From assembly GCA_038231455.1 (NCBI GenBank), contig JBBRLI010000003.1, positions 64,001-128,000 of the forward strand: DNA of 64,000 nucleotides. The letters are read 5' to 3'. Position numbers and translations under genes: made by a program. The first letter of the stretch is position 1. Every line of letters starts with the position of its first letter. This document shows positions 27,227-36,689 of this stretch, one piece after another. The notes below the pieces were generated by a model, which saw nothing but the letters and a program-made list of their open reading frames with translations, made no database searches and had not been told where the DNA came from. This DNA comes from Vulcanimicrobiales bacterium. Its GTDB lineage: Bacteria > Vulcanimicrobiota > Vulcanimicrobiia > Vulcanimicrobiales > Vulcanimicrobiaceae.

Positions 27227-28145
27227 GGTGCGGACGCTCGCCCACGGTTACGTGAAGTTCGTGCGCGCCGCCGCCGCGGATAATCGTCAGCGCGACATCG
27301 CGTCCGACCGATCCCGTCCCGAGCAAGCTCGTCACGTCGTCGCCCTCGTTGACTCGCTTGCCGTCGAGCGCAACGATGATGTCGCCGACAATGAGTCCGC
27401 CGCGATGCGCGGGACCACCCGACTCAACGCCGAGTGCGATCACGCCGCCGCCGGGTTCGACCTTCGCGGTATTGGCGAGCGCTTCAGGCAGTTCGAGGGA
27501 CTGCATTGCGATACCCAAGTAGCCACGCGCAACGCGTTTGCCGCTAGCGAGACTCGCGACGACGCGGGCGATCGAGCTTGTCGGAACCGTCAGCGCATTG
27601 CGGCGCGAGAGCCCCCATGTGTTCATCCCAACGATGCGGCCATGCACGTCGATGAGCGGCCCGCCCGAGAAGCGTGGGCTGATCGCAAGATCCGGGCGGA
27701 TGAAGCGGTCGAGTTCGCCTCCGCGCCACGTGCGCCACGCCGCACCAAGCGCGCTGATCACGCCCATGGTCGCGGCGAGGTCGCCGTCGTCGTCACGTGC
27801 GAGCGCAAGGGCAAGCGAGCCAACGCGCAGATCGTCGCCCGGTGCGTGGTCGAGCACGACCGAGGCTGCCCGGTTGGAGCGTAAGAGGGCAATGTCGGTC
27901 GAGCCATCGTGACCGACGATTTTGGCTTGCTCGCTCATCCCATCGGCGTGGACGATCTCGACCGTCTCATCATCGTCGTCGATCGCATGATCGGACGTTA
28001 CGATATGGTTACTATCGATATAAAAACCCGAAGTCGAGAAGCGGCCCCCGCCTTCGACGGCCACGACGGCGCCGCTCGCGCGTTCGATCGTTCCCGCGAT
28101 GTCATTGGAGAGCGCGACGAGCGCGCTTGCTGTGCCTAATTCCAT
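27216..28145 (-). CDS. S1C (HtrA-like) serine protease with PDZ, no signal peptide
   Basis: TSDH, TDIALL, PRFSGGPL, RGYLGI, GPAHRGGLIVGDII. Confidence 0.9.
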   Translation of the reverse strand: MELGTASALVALSNDIAGTIERASGAVVAVEGGGRFSTSGFYIDSNHIVTSDHAIDDDDETVEIVHADGMSEQAKIVGHDGSTDIALLRSNRAASVVLDHAPGDDLRVGSLALALARDDDGDLAATMGVISALGAAWRTWRGGELDRFIRPDLAISPRFSGGPLIDVHGRIVGMNTWGLSRRNALTVPTSSIARVVASLASGKRVARGYLGIAMQSLELPEALANTAKVEPGGGVIALGVESGGPAHRGGLIVGDIIVALDGKRVNEGDDVTSLLGTGSVGRDVALTIIRGGGAHELHVTVGERPHHDR

Positions 28146-28151
28146 AGACGG

Positions 28152-28217
28152 ATTCTACGCTTGGGGCGCCCGAGCCGCATCGCCCGAATGGCTAGCGAAC
28201 CGGGAAAATGGTATACT
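28152..28217. promoter_or_regulatory. Back-to-back -10 elements for likely leaderless htrA-like and clpS transcripts
   Basis: Minus TAGAAT (28157-52) 6 nt before ATG 28145; plus TGgTATACT (28209-17) 8 nt before ATG 28226. Confidence 0.55.
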
Positions 28218-28225
28218 AGGCCCCG

Positions 28226-28528
28226 ATGCCGAGCGTAACCGAGCTTCTCGAACCAACCCGCATTCAACAGCCGTTGCCGCTGTTCAATGTCATCGTGCAC
28301 AATTGCAATTGCCACACGTTCGATGACGTGATCGTCGCGTTCGTGCGGATCATCAACATGGCTCCCGGCGAGGCATCGCAGAAAGCGTTCGAGATCGACT
28401 ACCACGGCCGCGCGATCGTCGCGACCGTGCACGAAGAACTCGCCGAACTCTACGCCGACCGCCTCAAATCCGAGACGGTCAACCGTCTGGGGACGGCGCT
28501 ACGCGTAAGTATCGTCCCCGCACGCTAG
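28226..28528 (+). CDS. clpS: Clp protease adaptor ClpS-like protein
   Basis: FNVIVHN..HTFDDVI…A…GRAIV…EELAE layout of ClpS. Confidence 0.85.
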   Translation: MPSVTELLEPTRIQQPLPLFNVIVHNCNCHTFDDVIVAFVRIINMAPGEASQKAFEIDYHGRAIVATVHEELAELYADRLKSETVNRLGTALRVSIVPAR

Positions 28529-28534
28529 TCGGTT

Positions 28535-30547
28535 TTAGCCCGCTTTCGCCGCCATGATCGGCTCGTAGACTTTCTTTGTAATAAAGAGGTCGAGCAGATT
28601 CGCATCGACTTTCCCGCGACCGGCGAATTCCTTGACGAGAATGTCGAGCGCGCGATCGATCGGCATCGCAGCTTTATACGGTCGGTCGTTTGCGGTGAGC
28701 GCATCAAAGACATCGGAAATCGTCATCATGCGTACTTGCGGTGCGATCTCGAGGCCCTTGAGGCCGCGCGGATATCCGGTTCCATCGAGGTGCTCGTGAT
28801 GACCGTACGCGTAATCCGCAACGTTCTGCCACGGCGTTTTCTTCCACGGAATCTCGCGTAGGAAGAGAAACGACTGGGTGACGTGCTGTTCCATTTTGCT
28901 GCGCTCGTCGCTCGAGAGCGAACCGCGCGGAATGCGCAGGTATTGATATTCTTCCTCGGAGAGCAGCGGCTTTTCATCGGCGCCATCCAGATAGTATTTT
29001 TTAAGCAGCGATTCCATCTGTTCGCCGACACCTTCGGCGACGACGCGCGGTTCGTTTGCGCCCTCGACGCTCTCCATGAGCGCGCGCAGCTCGGTCGATG
29101 CATGCAGATGCTCGGACTCGACGTCTTTAAAACGTCGATCGTCGGGCGTGATCCCCGCTTGGAATAGCACGAACTTCTGATGGGCGGCGCGCGTTTCGAG
29201 CTGTTCGATTGCAAGGAGAAACCGGAGGCGGATCGCATCGAGCCGGCCATCGGGCAGCTTTTTTGCTTTGCCGAAAATGTACTCGGGGACCGCGACTTTG
29301 CCAAAGTCATGGAGCAGCGAGGCGTAGCGCATTTCGCGCATCTGATCGGCATCGAAATACATGTTCGCAAACTCGCCGCTCTCGACGTCGTTTGCCGCCT
29401 GCGCCTGAGCGACGGTCAGCTCGGCGACACGCGATGAGTGGCCTTGCGTCGCACGGTCGCGAACTTCGATCGCTTTGACCGAAGCGCGCACGAACTGCTC
29501 GAAGAGATCCTGAATCGATTCGAGCAGACTCTTATTTTCCAGGGCCACGCCGGCTTGCGAAGCGAGCGACGAGAGCACGGCTTCATCGTGAACGCTGAAC
29601 TCTTCGACAACTTGCTCGGTGTGCTCGGGCGATTGCAATTGCAGCGCAAAATCGGGTTTGCGATTGATCAGCATGATCGAACCGACAACCACGTTCTCGT
29701 GGTCGCGCATCGGTACGCACAGCACGGATTTGGTCCGGTAATTGTTCTTGAGGTCGAAGCTGTTATTGAACTTTACTTCGCCCTCGGGATTGAGGTGGTA
29801 GGCATCTTTGACGCGTAGGACGTTGCCGGTGTCGGCGACATAACCCGAGATCGAGGCCCGCGAGAGTGGTAGCATCGCACCCAGATACGCACCGGAGTCC
29901 GTCGGGCCGGTCTGCGCGACGGCAAAACGCAGCTTGCGTTCCCCGTCGGCCTCGGCGATGAGAAAGAGGCTGCCGGAATCGGCGTTCGTGAGTTCGCGCG
30001 CGCTACGCACGATTAGCTGCTGGAGTTTGGTAATATCGCGTTCGGCACTGAGCGAGAGCCCGATCTGCAGCAGCTGTTCGGATTCGCGTGTTTGCCGCTC
30101 GCCGCGCTTGCGTAAGCGGTGCGCTTCCTCGCGGTAGTCCAGGGCCTGCGCAGCGGTCCGCACGGTCGCGAGCAAGGCGCTGGGATCGAGCGGCGCGGTC
30201 AGCCATCCGCCGACGTGCGGGTTCGTTGCAAGATAGGCCGCCGCGGGTTCGCCGGGCTGCGCGACGATAATCGTGCTCGCGCCCTGCGCGACGTCGATGA
30301 CCATGAGCGCCTGCTCGACGGTTTCGCGCGGCCCGAGCGTCGCAAGGCGTTCGTAGTCGATCAGGTAGAGGATGCGCTGTCCGGGATTCACGGTCGTGCT
30401 AAAGGGCACACTCGCAGCGGCGTGCACGATCCCGGCGGCATCGAGGGCGCCTGCAGCGGGCCCCAGTTCGAAACCGTGAGGATAGACGAGCACGAGTGTA
30501 GGCCGCGGGACGACGGATTCGACCGAGGTCGACTCGGAAATGGACAT
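28535..30547 (-). CDS. GAF plus HD-GYP phosphodiesterase with N-terminal receiver-like region
   Basis: GAF (ADSGSLF, NYRTKSVLCVPM, LINRK); GHSSRVA, LLHDFGKV, HHEHLDGTGYP, DVFDALT..DRPYK. Confidence 0.93.
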   Translation of the reverse strand: MSISESTSVESVVPRPTLVLVYPHGFELGPAAGALDAAGIVHAAASVPFSTTVNPGQRILYLIDYERLATLGPRETVEQALMVIDVAQGASTIIVAQPGEPAAAYLATNPHVGGWLTAPLDPSALLATVRTAAQALDYREEAHRLRKRGERQTRESEQLLQIGLSLSAERDITKLQQLIVRSARELTNADSGSLFLIAEADGERKLRFAVAQTGPTDSGAYLGAMLPLSRASISGYVADTGNVLRVKDAYHLNPEGEVKFNNSFDLKNNYRTKSVLCVPMRDHENVVVGSIMLINRKPDFALQLQSPEHTEQVVEEFSVHDEAVLSSLASQAGVALENKSLLESIQDLFEQFVRASVKAIEVRDRATQGHSSRVAELTVAQAQAANDVESGEFANMYFDADQMREMRYASLLHDFGKVAVPEYIFGKAKKLPDGRLDAIRLRFLLAIEQLETRAAHQKFVLFQAGITPDDRRFKDVESEHLHASTELRALMESVEGANEPRVVAEGVGEQMESLLKKYYLDGADEKPLLSEEEYQYLRIPRGSLSSDERSKMEQHVTQSFLFLREIPWKKTPWQNVADYAYGHHEHLDGTGYPRGLKGLEIAPQVRMMTISDVFDALTANDRPYKAAMPIDRALDILVKEFAGRGKVDANLLDLFITKKVYEPIMAAKAG

Positions 30548-30614
30548 CCTGTTGCTTATAACTATCGGTTAGCTGGTCTGTTTCCTATAGGTCCAAGGGC
30601 GGGACCGCCCGTTA

Positions 30615-31049
30615 GTGACGCGAACCATTCGGTCTGTGTTTGAAGAGACGATCGCGAGCCGCATCCGGCCGCTAGCCGAAGCGATGCAAGCGAGTGACCT
30701 CATTCGTGTGAGCGTCGCCGAAACTGACCTTGAAATCGAACTGATACGTCACCCGCGTCCGGCGGCAACGCCGGCAGCGGCGGTCGTCGATCCGTCCGCG
30801 GCTGCGGCCTCCGAGGCGACCTACGAGATCGTCGCGGCGGACCAAGTGGGGATCGTGCGGTTCACGCGCCCGATCGCCGTCGAGGGGACCGTGCTCGAGA
30901 ACGACCGCGAGATCGCTTACGTCGAAGCGCTTGGAATTCGCAATCCGGTCCGCTCCAAAGGCAAAGGGCGGATCGCATCCGTCTTCGTCATCGACGGGCA
31001 GGCGGTCGAATACGGCCAGCCGCTCTTCGCACTCGATCGGGGCGCATAA
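30615..31049 (+). CDS. accB: Biotin carboxyl carrier protein-like (AccB) lacking the biotinylated lysine
   Basis: AccB layout (N-terminal helices, Ala/Pro linker, VEYGQPLF) directly upstream of accC; YVEALGIRNPV instead of IEAMKMMNEI. Confidence 0.85.
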   Translation: MTRTIRSVFEETIASRIRPLAEAMQASDLIRVSVAETDLEIELIRHPRPAATPAAAVVDPSAAAASEATYEIVAADQVGIVRFTRPIAVEGTVLENDREIAYVEALGIRNPVRSKGKGRIASVFVIDGQAVEYGQPLFALDRGA

Positions 31050-31054
31050 TCGCT

Positions 31055-32428
31055 ATGTTTCGGAAAGTCCTCATCGCCAACCGTGGCGAGATCGCTCTGC
31101 GTATCAACCGGGCATGCCAAGAACTCGGCGTTCCGACGGTGGCGATTTTCAGTGAAGCCGACCGGCAATCGCTGCACGTCCGCCACGCCGATGAAGCCTT
31201 CTGCGTCGGGCCTGGCCCCGTGGCCCGCTCGTACCTCAATATCCCGAACATCATTTCTGCGGCGTTGATCTCCGGCGCCGACGCGATCCATCCGGGCTAC
31301 GGATTTCTCGCTGAGAACGCGCGCTTTGCGGAAATCTGCAACGACCACGGCTTGCGTTTCATCGGTCCCAAACCGTCGGTGATCGCGACGATGGGCGACA
31401 AGGCGACTGCGCGGCGCGTCATGGCCGAAGCCGGCGTTGCGACGACCCCGGGCAGCGGGATTGTCGATTCGATCGACGAGGCGCGCCTGGAAATCGAAAA
31501 AGTCGGCTATCCGGTGCTGCTCAAAGCGTCGGCTGGCGGCGGCGGCAAAGGCATGCGCGAAGTGCATGCGCCCGAGGATCTCGAGCGCATGTTTACGACG
31601 GCGCGCGCTGAGGCGGAAGCCTCGTTCAACGACGGCCGTTTGTACGTCGAAAAGCTCATCCTTAAGCCGCGCCACATCGAAGTGCAACTGCTCGGAGACG
31701 AGCAGGGCAATCTCGTGCACTTAGGCGAGCGCGACTGCTCGATTCAAAAGCCGTCGCACCAGAAACTCATCGAAGAATCGCCCGCGTTCGAACTGCCGGT
31801 GCACGTGCGCGACCGACTCTACGAAATGGCACTTGCCGCCGGGCGCGCGGTCAATTACACCAACGCCGGAACGCTCGAATTTCTCGTCAGCGGCGAGCAG
31901 ATCTACTTCATGGAAATGAACACGCGCATTCAAGTCGAGCATCCCGTCACCGAGATGGTGTACGGCGTCGACTTGGTCAAAGAACAGATCCGCATCGCAG
32001 CGGGCGAGTCGCTCAACTTCACGCAAAGCGACCTGCACCCGGTCGGCCATGCCATCGAAGTGCGCGTCAATGCCGAAGATCCGAGTAACAACTTCGCGCC
32101 GGCAGCCGGTACGCTGACGCGCGTCGAGTTTCCCGGCGGACCGGGCGTGCGCGTCGATACGCACATGTTCTCGGGTGCGCAGATTCCGCCGTATTACGAT
32201 TCGATGATTGCGAAGATCATCGCGCATGCGCGCACGCGCGAGGCGGCGATCGCGCGCATGGAACGCGCACTTGCGGAAACGCGTATTGAGGGTGTGAAGA
32301 CGACCATCGATTTCGCGCGCGATGTGCTCCGCGATCCCAACTTCATCGCCGGCGGCGTGGGCGTTGAATATTTGGCGACATCGTTTTTGCCGAATTGGAC
32401 CGCACCCGGCGAGCCGGCCAGCGTTTAG
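31055..32428 (+). CDS. accC: Acetyl-CoA carboxylase biotin carboxylase
   Basis: KVLIANRGEIA, HPGYGFLAEN, GGGGKGMR, EMNTRIQVEHPVTE, YDSMIAK. Confidence 0.98.
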   Translation: MFRKVLIANRGEIALRINRACQELGVPTVAIFSEADRQSLHVRHADEAFCVGPGPVARSYLNIPNIISAALISGADAIHPGYGFLAENARFAEICNDHGLRFIGPKPSVIATMGDKATARRVMAEAGVATTPGSGIVDSIDEARLEIEKVGYPVLLKASAGGGGKGMREVHAPEDLERMFTTARAEAEASFNDGRLYVEKLILKPRHIEVQLLGDEQGNLVHLGERDCSIQKPSHQKLIEESPAFELPVHVRDRLYEMALAAGRAVNYTNAGTLEFLVSGEQIYFMEMNTRIQVEHPVTEMVYGVDLVKEQIRIAAGESLNFTQSDLHPVGHAIEVRVNAEDPSNNFAPAAGTLTRVEFPGGPGVRVDTHMFSGAQIPPYYDSMIAKIIAHARTREAAIARMERALAETRIEGVKTTIDFARDVLRDPNFIAGGVGVEYLATSFLPNWTAPGEPASV

Positions 32429-32823
32429 TGGCGGCCCGTCGGTTCGCGCGGGAACTCGCGCTGCAAGCACTCTACTCGAGTGAAATCGGACACCGTCCGC
32501 CCGAAGATGTTTTAGCGGAGGCACTGCTTGGCGCAAAGACCGAGGAGTCGCGTATCTTCGTCAAAGACCTGGTGTATGGAACGCTCGAACACGCCGCTGA
32601 GAGCGACGGCATCATCGCCCCGCTGCTCGAAGGCTGGACGCTCGATCGGCTGCCGACGATCGACCGCATCGTGCTGCGCATGAGCATGTTCGAATTGCGC
32701 TTCCGGCCCGAGACGCCGCGTCCGGTCGTCATCAACGAGGCCGTGGAACTCGCGAAAAAATTCTCGACCGAAGATTCCGGACGTTTCATCAACGGCGTGC
32801 TCGCCAAGGCTAGCCCCGCCTGA
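32428..32823 (+). CDS. nusB: Transcription antitermination factor NusB
   Basis: RRFARELALQALY, DRIVLR, VVINEAVELAKKF, FINGVL. Confidence 0.97.
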   Translation: MAARRFARELALQALYSSEIGHRPPEDVLAEALLGAKTEESRIFVKDLVYGTLEHAAESDGIIAPLLEGWTLDRLPTIDRIVLRMSMFELRFRPETPRPVVINEAVELAKKFSTEDSGRFINGVLAKASPA

Positions 32824-35003
32824 TGCAGCGCAAGCCGGGAGCAAAGAAAGCGAAGCGCGCCGTCGGTCCGTGGCGTCGCTTCTTTACGATCGCGGCCGTC
32901 GTCGCTGTGTTTCTCATCCTTGGATCGGTCGGGGTCGTTGCGGGGATCGTGGCGTCGTATTCCAACGATTTGCCCGATATCAACCGCATGGCGGATTATC
33001 AGCCGTCGCGTTCGACGCGGGTCTTCGCACGTGACGGATCGCTGCTTGCGAATCTCTACCGGCAAAATCGCACGTGGATCACGATCGATAAGATCCCGGT
33101 CTACGTGCGTAACTCGTTCGTGGCAACCGAAGACCGCAATTTCTACCACCATCACGGCGTGGATTTTGGCGGTATCGCACGCGCGGCGTTCGCCGACTGG
33201 CGCCACGAGCGCTTTCAAGGTGCCTCGACGATCACGCAGCAGTTGGCTCGTGCGCTCTTTCTCTCAAACGAAGTCTCGATCTCGCGCAAAGTCCAAGAAG
33301 CACTGCTCGCAATTGAGATCGAGCGCTACTATACCAAAGACGAAATTCTCGAGCGCTACCTCAACCTGATCTACTTTGGGTCGGGCGCGTACGGCGTGGA
33401 AGCCGCGGCGCATACTTATTTCGGTACCGATACCGGTCATCTAACCATCGGACAAGCCGCGATGCTCGCCGGCATGCCCGCTGCGCCGTCCGACTACTCG
33501 CCGTACGTGAACCTGCAGCACGCAAAAGAGCGCCAAGCGCACGTGCTCGAACGCATGGTCGCCGCGCATTACATTACCAGCACGCAGCTGCGCGATGAAG
33601 AAACACGCTCGCTCGGCCTCATCGGCGAGCGTCCGGCCGGACTGCAGTCATACGTGCATCCGTATTTCACGACCTATGTCACGCATCAGCTCGAATCGCA
33701 GTTCGGAACGCAGTCGACCTTCGAGGGCGGCTTGCAAGTCTACACCACGCTCGATCCTGCAATGCAGACGATCGCGGAGAACGCGGTCATCTGGGGCATT
33801 GGCCGCGCGAAGGCCGAGGGCATCGGAGCGCATCAAGCGGCGCTCGTCTCGATCCGTCCATCGACCGGCGAGATTCTCGCCATGGTCGGCGGCGCGACGC
33901 CATTTTCGCTGACGAATCAGTTCAATCGTGCCTGGCAAGCGCGCCGCCAACCGGGCTCGTCGTTCAAAGTCTACGTTTACACGGCGGCCGTCGACAGCGG
34001 CATGCCGCCGTCGACGCTGCTTGAGGATACGCCGGTTTCGTATCCGATGGGTGATGGCACGCGCTGGTCGCCGATGGACGACGACAACCGCTTCTTCGGC
34101 GCGATTACGATGCGCTACGCGCTCGCGCAGTCGCGCAACGTCGTCGCCGTAAAGCTTGCCTCGCAGCTCGGCATCGATCGCGTGATCGAGTACGCCAAGC
34201 GCATGGGAATCAAAGAAGAACTCGGAGCGAATCTCTCGCTTGCGCTGGGATCGTCGGTCGTCTCGCCGCTCGATCAAGCGACGGGTTATGCAACGCTTGC
34301 CAATGGCGGCATTCACATCGATCCCTCGCCGATCCGCGTCGTGCGCGACTCGCTCGGCACGCCGATTTTGGACAACTCGTATCCGCAGCAGACCGAGGTC
34401 GTGAGTGCGGGAACCGCATACGTCGTGACATCGATGCTCGAGAGCGTGATCAAAGAGGGCACCGGCTATCCCAATGCCATCATCGGGCGCCCGGCTGCGG
34501 GTAAAACCGGGACCACATCCGATTTTCGCGATGCCTGGTTCGTCGGCTACACGCCGGACCTGGTGACGGCGGTCTGGATCGGCAATGACGACTATAAGCG
34601 CATGAACGAATCGTTCGGCGGCAACATTCCCGCGCGCATCTGGGCACGCTACATGAAAGCCGCGCTTGCAAAAACGCCCAAGCACGAATTCGCGTTCCCG
34701 CGCGATGAAGTGCGCAAGCTGGTGCTTTGCGGAACGGGCAAAGAAGAAGTTTTCTTGATCGGCACCGAGCCCGCGAAATCGTGCGGCGATTCGCGCTTTG
34801 CGAAGAAGAAGATCGCCAAAGGCGACGCCGTGCTCCCCGAACCCATCGCGACGGTCGATCCCGAGCTCAAAGGTTCCGCGATCGTCACCGCGCCGCCCGT
34901 GAAGCCGGCAAAACCCGATGCGGTACCGACGGACTCGATCGGCGATGGAACGAACTTCGAGACGCTCTCGACGCAAACGCCAAAGCCTAAGAAGACGCCG
35001 TAG
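32823..35003 (+). CDS. Class A penicillin-binding protein (PBP1A family)
   Basis: TEDRNFYHHHG, GASTITQQL, RKVQE, QPGSSFK, SRN, GKTGTT. Confidence 0.96.
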   Translation: MQRKPGAKKAKRAVGPWRRFFTIAAVVAVFLILGSVGVVAGIVASYSNDLPDINRMADYQPSRSTRVFARDGSLLANLYRQNRTWITIDKIPVYVRNSFVATEDRNFYHHHGVDFGGIARAAFADWRHERFQGASTITQQLARALFLSNEVSISRKVQEALLAIEIERYYTKDEILERYLNLIYFGSGAYGVEAAAHTYFGTDTGHLTIGQAAMLAGMPAAPSDYSPYVNLQHAKERQAHVLERMVAAHYITSTQLRDEETRSLGLIGERPAGLQSYVHPYFTTYVTHQLESQFGTQSTFEGGLQVYTTLDPAMQTIAENAVIWGIGRAKAEGIGAHQAALVSIRPSTGEILAMVGGATPFSLTNQFNRAWQARRQPGSSFKVYVYTAAVDSGMPPSTLLEDTPVSYPMGDGTRWSPMDDDNRFFGAITMRYALAQSRNVVAVKLASQLGIDRVIEYAKRMGIKEELGANLSLALGSSVVSPLDQATGYATLANGGIHIDPSPIRVVRDSLGTPILDNSYPQQTEVVSAGTAYVVTSMLESVIKEGTGYPNAIIGRPAAGKTGTTSDFRDAWFVGYTPDLVTAVWIGNDDYKRMNESFGGNIPARIWARYMKAALAKTPKHEFAFPRDEVRKLVLCGTGKEEVFLIGTEPAKSCGDSRFAKKKIAKGDAVLPEPIATVDPELKGSAIVTAPPVKPAKPDAVPTDSIGDGTNFETLSTQTPKPKKTP

Positions 35004-36421
35004 TGCGCACGGTGTCCGCTCCGACACCCTCACCCGTCTCGGTCGGCCGTCTCGCGCGGTACATCAAATCGCGACTCGGCGACGATCCGAAGCTGCGATT
35101 CATCGCGGTACGCGGTGAAGTTTCGAATTTGCGCGTGCAGGAAGCCGGGCACGTGTATTTCGACCTCAAAGATGCGGAGGCGTTGATCAACGTCGTCGTC
35201 TGGTCCGATGCCGCCGTGCTGCTCCCGCCGCTCAAGAACGGCGCATCGGTCATCGCGGTGGGCGGCGTGATGACGTATCCTAAACGCAGTACGTATCAGC
35301 TCAGCGCCGTGCGGGTCGAGCTTGACGGCGTCGGCCGCTTGCACGAACTATACGAGCGTCTGCGCGAACAACTCAGGAGCGAAGGGCTCTTCGAGCCCGC
35401 CCGCAAGCGCGCTCTTCCACGCTATCCGTTCGCAATCGCGCTGATCTCATCGGCGACCTCCGATGGAGCGCGCGACTTCATTGCCAACGCCCGCCGACGC
35501 GCGCCGCACGTACGCGTACACCTCGTCGAGACGGCCGTGCAAGGGCCGAACGCGCCGGGTGAGATCGTCGCGGCGATCAAGCGCGCGGAGCGACTTCCGG
35601 TCGATGCGATCGTACTGGCACGCGGCGGCGGCTCGTACGAGGATCTCTTCGTCTTTAGCGACGAGCGCGTCGTGCGCGCGCTCGCGGCCGCCAAGCTGCC
35701 GACGGTCTCGGCGATCGGGCACGAGTCTGACTCGCCGCTGACGGATTTCGTCGCGGACGTTCGCGCGCTGACTCCCACGGCGGCGACCGAATTGATCTTG
35801 CCCGATCGGAGGCAGTTACTCGGCGAGATTCGCCGGGCGAGCCGGTCGCTCGAAACATCGCTCTATCGCAAATCCGCCAACGCGCGCTTACTGGTCGAAC
35901 GCTTCGTGCTCCATTCGGTGCTCGGTCGACCGAGCGCGGCGTTTGGACCGCGACGCCAGCTCGTCGATGACTTGCGCGAACGCATCGGCAAGCGCGTGGG
36001 CGAACGATTCCGCGCGCAGTCGGTGCGATTGAACGCGCTCGAACGGCGGCTTGCGGCGCGCGATCCGCGCGTGCGGCTCGGTGAAGAACAGCGCCGTGTT
36101 GTCGGACTCGCGCATCGCATGGATCTCGCCGTAACCTCGCGCATCGGCGGCGGGAGACTGCGCTTCGATCGCGCAGTCCCGCGCCTGCGTCCGGCGCTCG
36201 AGCGCGCCCTCACCTCGCGCATGCATACGCTGGCACTCGCAACGAGCGAGCTAAACGGCAAAGATCCGACAGCAATTCTCTCACGCGGCTATGCGATGGT
36301 GCTCTACGGCGGCCGTGCGGTCACGGACCCCTCCGCCGTGCCCCGCGGTGCCGAGATCGTCGCACAGGTCGCTCGCGGAACGATTACGGCCCGCGTCGAA
36401 TCAACGGAGACCAATGGCTGA
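35003..36421 (+). CDS. xseA: Exodeoxyribonuclease VII large subunit
   Basis: VRGEVSN, GHVYFDLKD, ARGGGSYEDL, SAIGHESD, ILSRGYA. Confidence 0.96.
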   Translation: MRTVSAPTPSPVSVGRLARYIKSRLGDDPKLRFIAVRGEVSNLRVQEAGHVYFDLKDAEALINVVVWSDAAVLLPPLKNGASVIAVGGVMTYPKRSTYQLSAVRVELDGVGRLHELYERLREQLRSEGLFEPARKRALPRYPFAIALISSATSDGARDFIANARRRAPHVRVHLVETAVQGPNAPGEIVAAIKRAERLPVDAIVLARGGGSYEDLFVFSDERVVRALAAAKLPTVSAIGHESDSPLTDFVADVRALTPTAATELILPDRRQLLGEIRRASRSLETSLYRKSANARLLVERFVLHSVLGRPSAAFGPRRQLVDDLRERIGKRVGERFRAQSVRLNALERRLAARDPRVRLGEEQRRVVGLAHRMDLAVTSRIGGGRLRFDRAVPRLRPALERALTSRMHTLALATSELNGKDPTAILSRGYAMVLYGGRAVTDPSAVPRGAEIVAQVARGTITARVESTETNG

Positions 36422-36689
36422 ACAACAATCCGGTGAATTCGAAGCCGCGCTCGTGAAGCTCGAGCAAATCGTCAAGCAGCTCGAAGGCAACGAAGTGGGT
36501 CTGGACAAGTCCGTCGAGCTCTTCAAGCAAGGGCGCGAGCTTGCCGCGCGCTGCGAAAAGCTGCTCGCCGATGCGCAATCGGCGATCGATAAAGCAACGA
36601 ACGGCGCGGCCGCCGAGCCGGAACGTCGGCCCGCGCCGGCGCCGAGCTCTTCGCTCTTCGACGATGACCTCGTGGACGATGGGGAATGA
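36414..36689 (+). CDS. xseB: Exodeoxyribonuclease VII small subunit
   Basis: FEAALVKLEQIVKQLE…LDKSVELFKQG…CEKLL; GGAG RBS. Confidence 0.95.
   Translation: MAEQQSGEFEAALVKLEQIVKQLEGNEVGLDKSVELFKQGRELAARCEKLLADAQSAIDKATNGAAAEPERRPAPAPSSSLFDDDLVDDGE

Noticed and set aside
33648-35033. Long antisense ORFs (also 23690-24916, 58396-59583, 12734-13624)
   Set aside because: Typical high-GC shadow frames opposite well-conserved genes; no motifs
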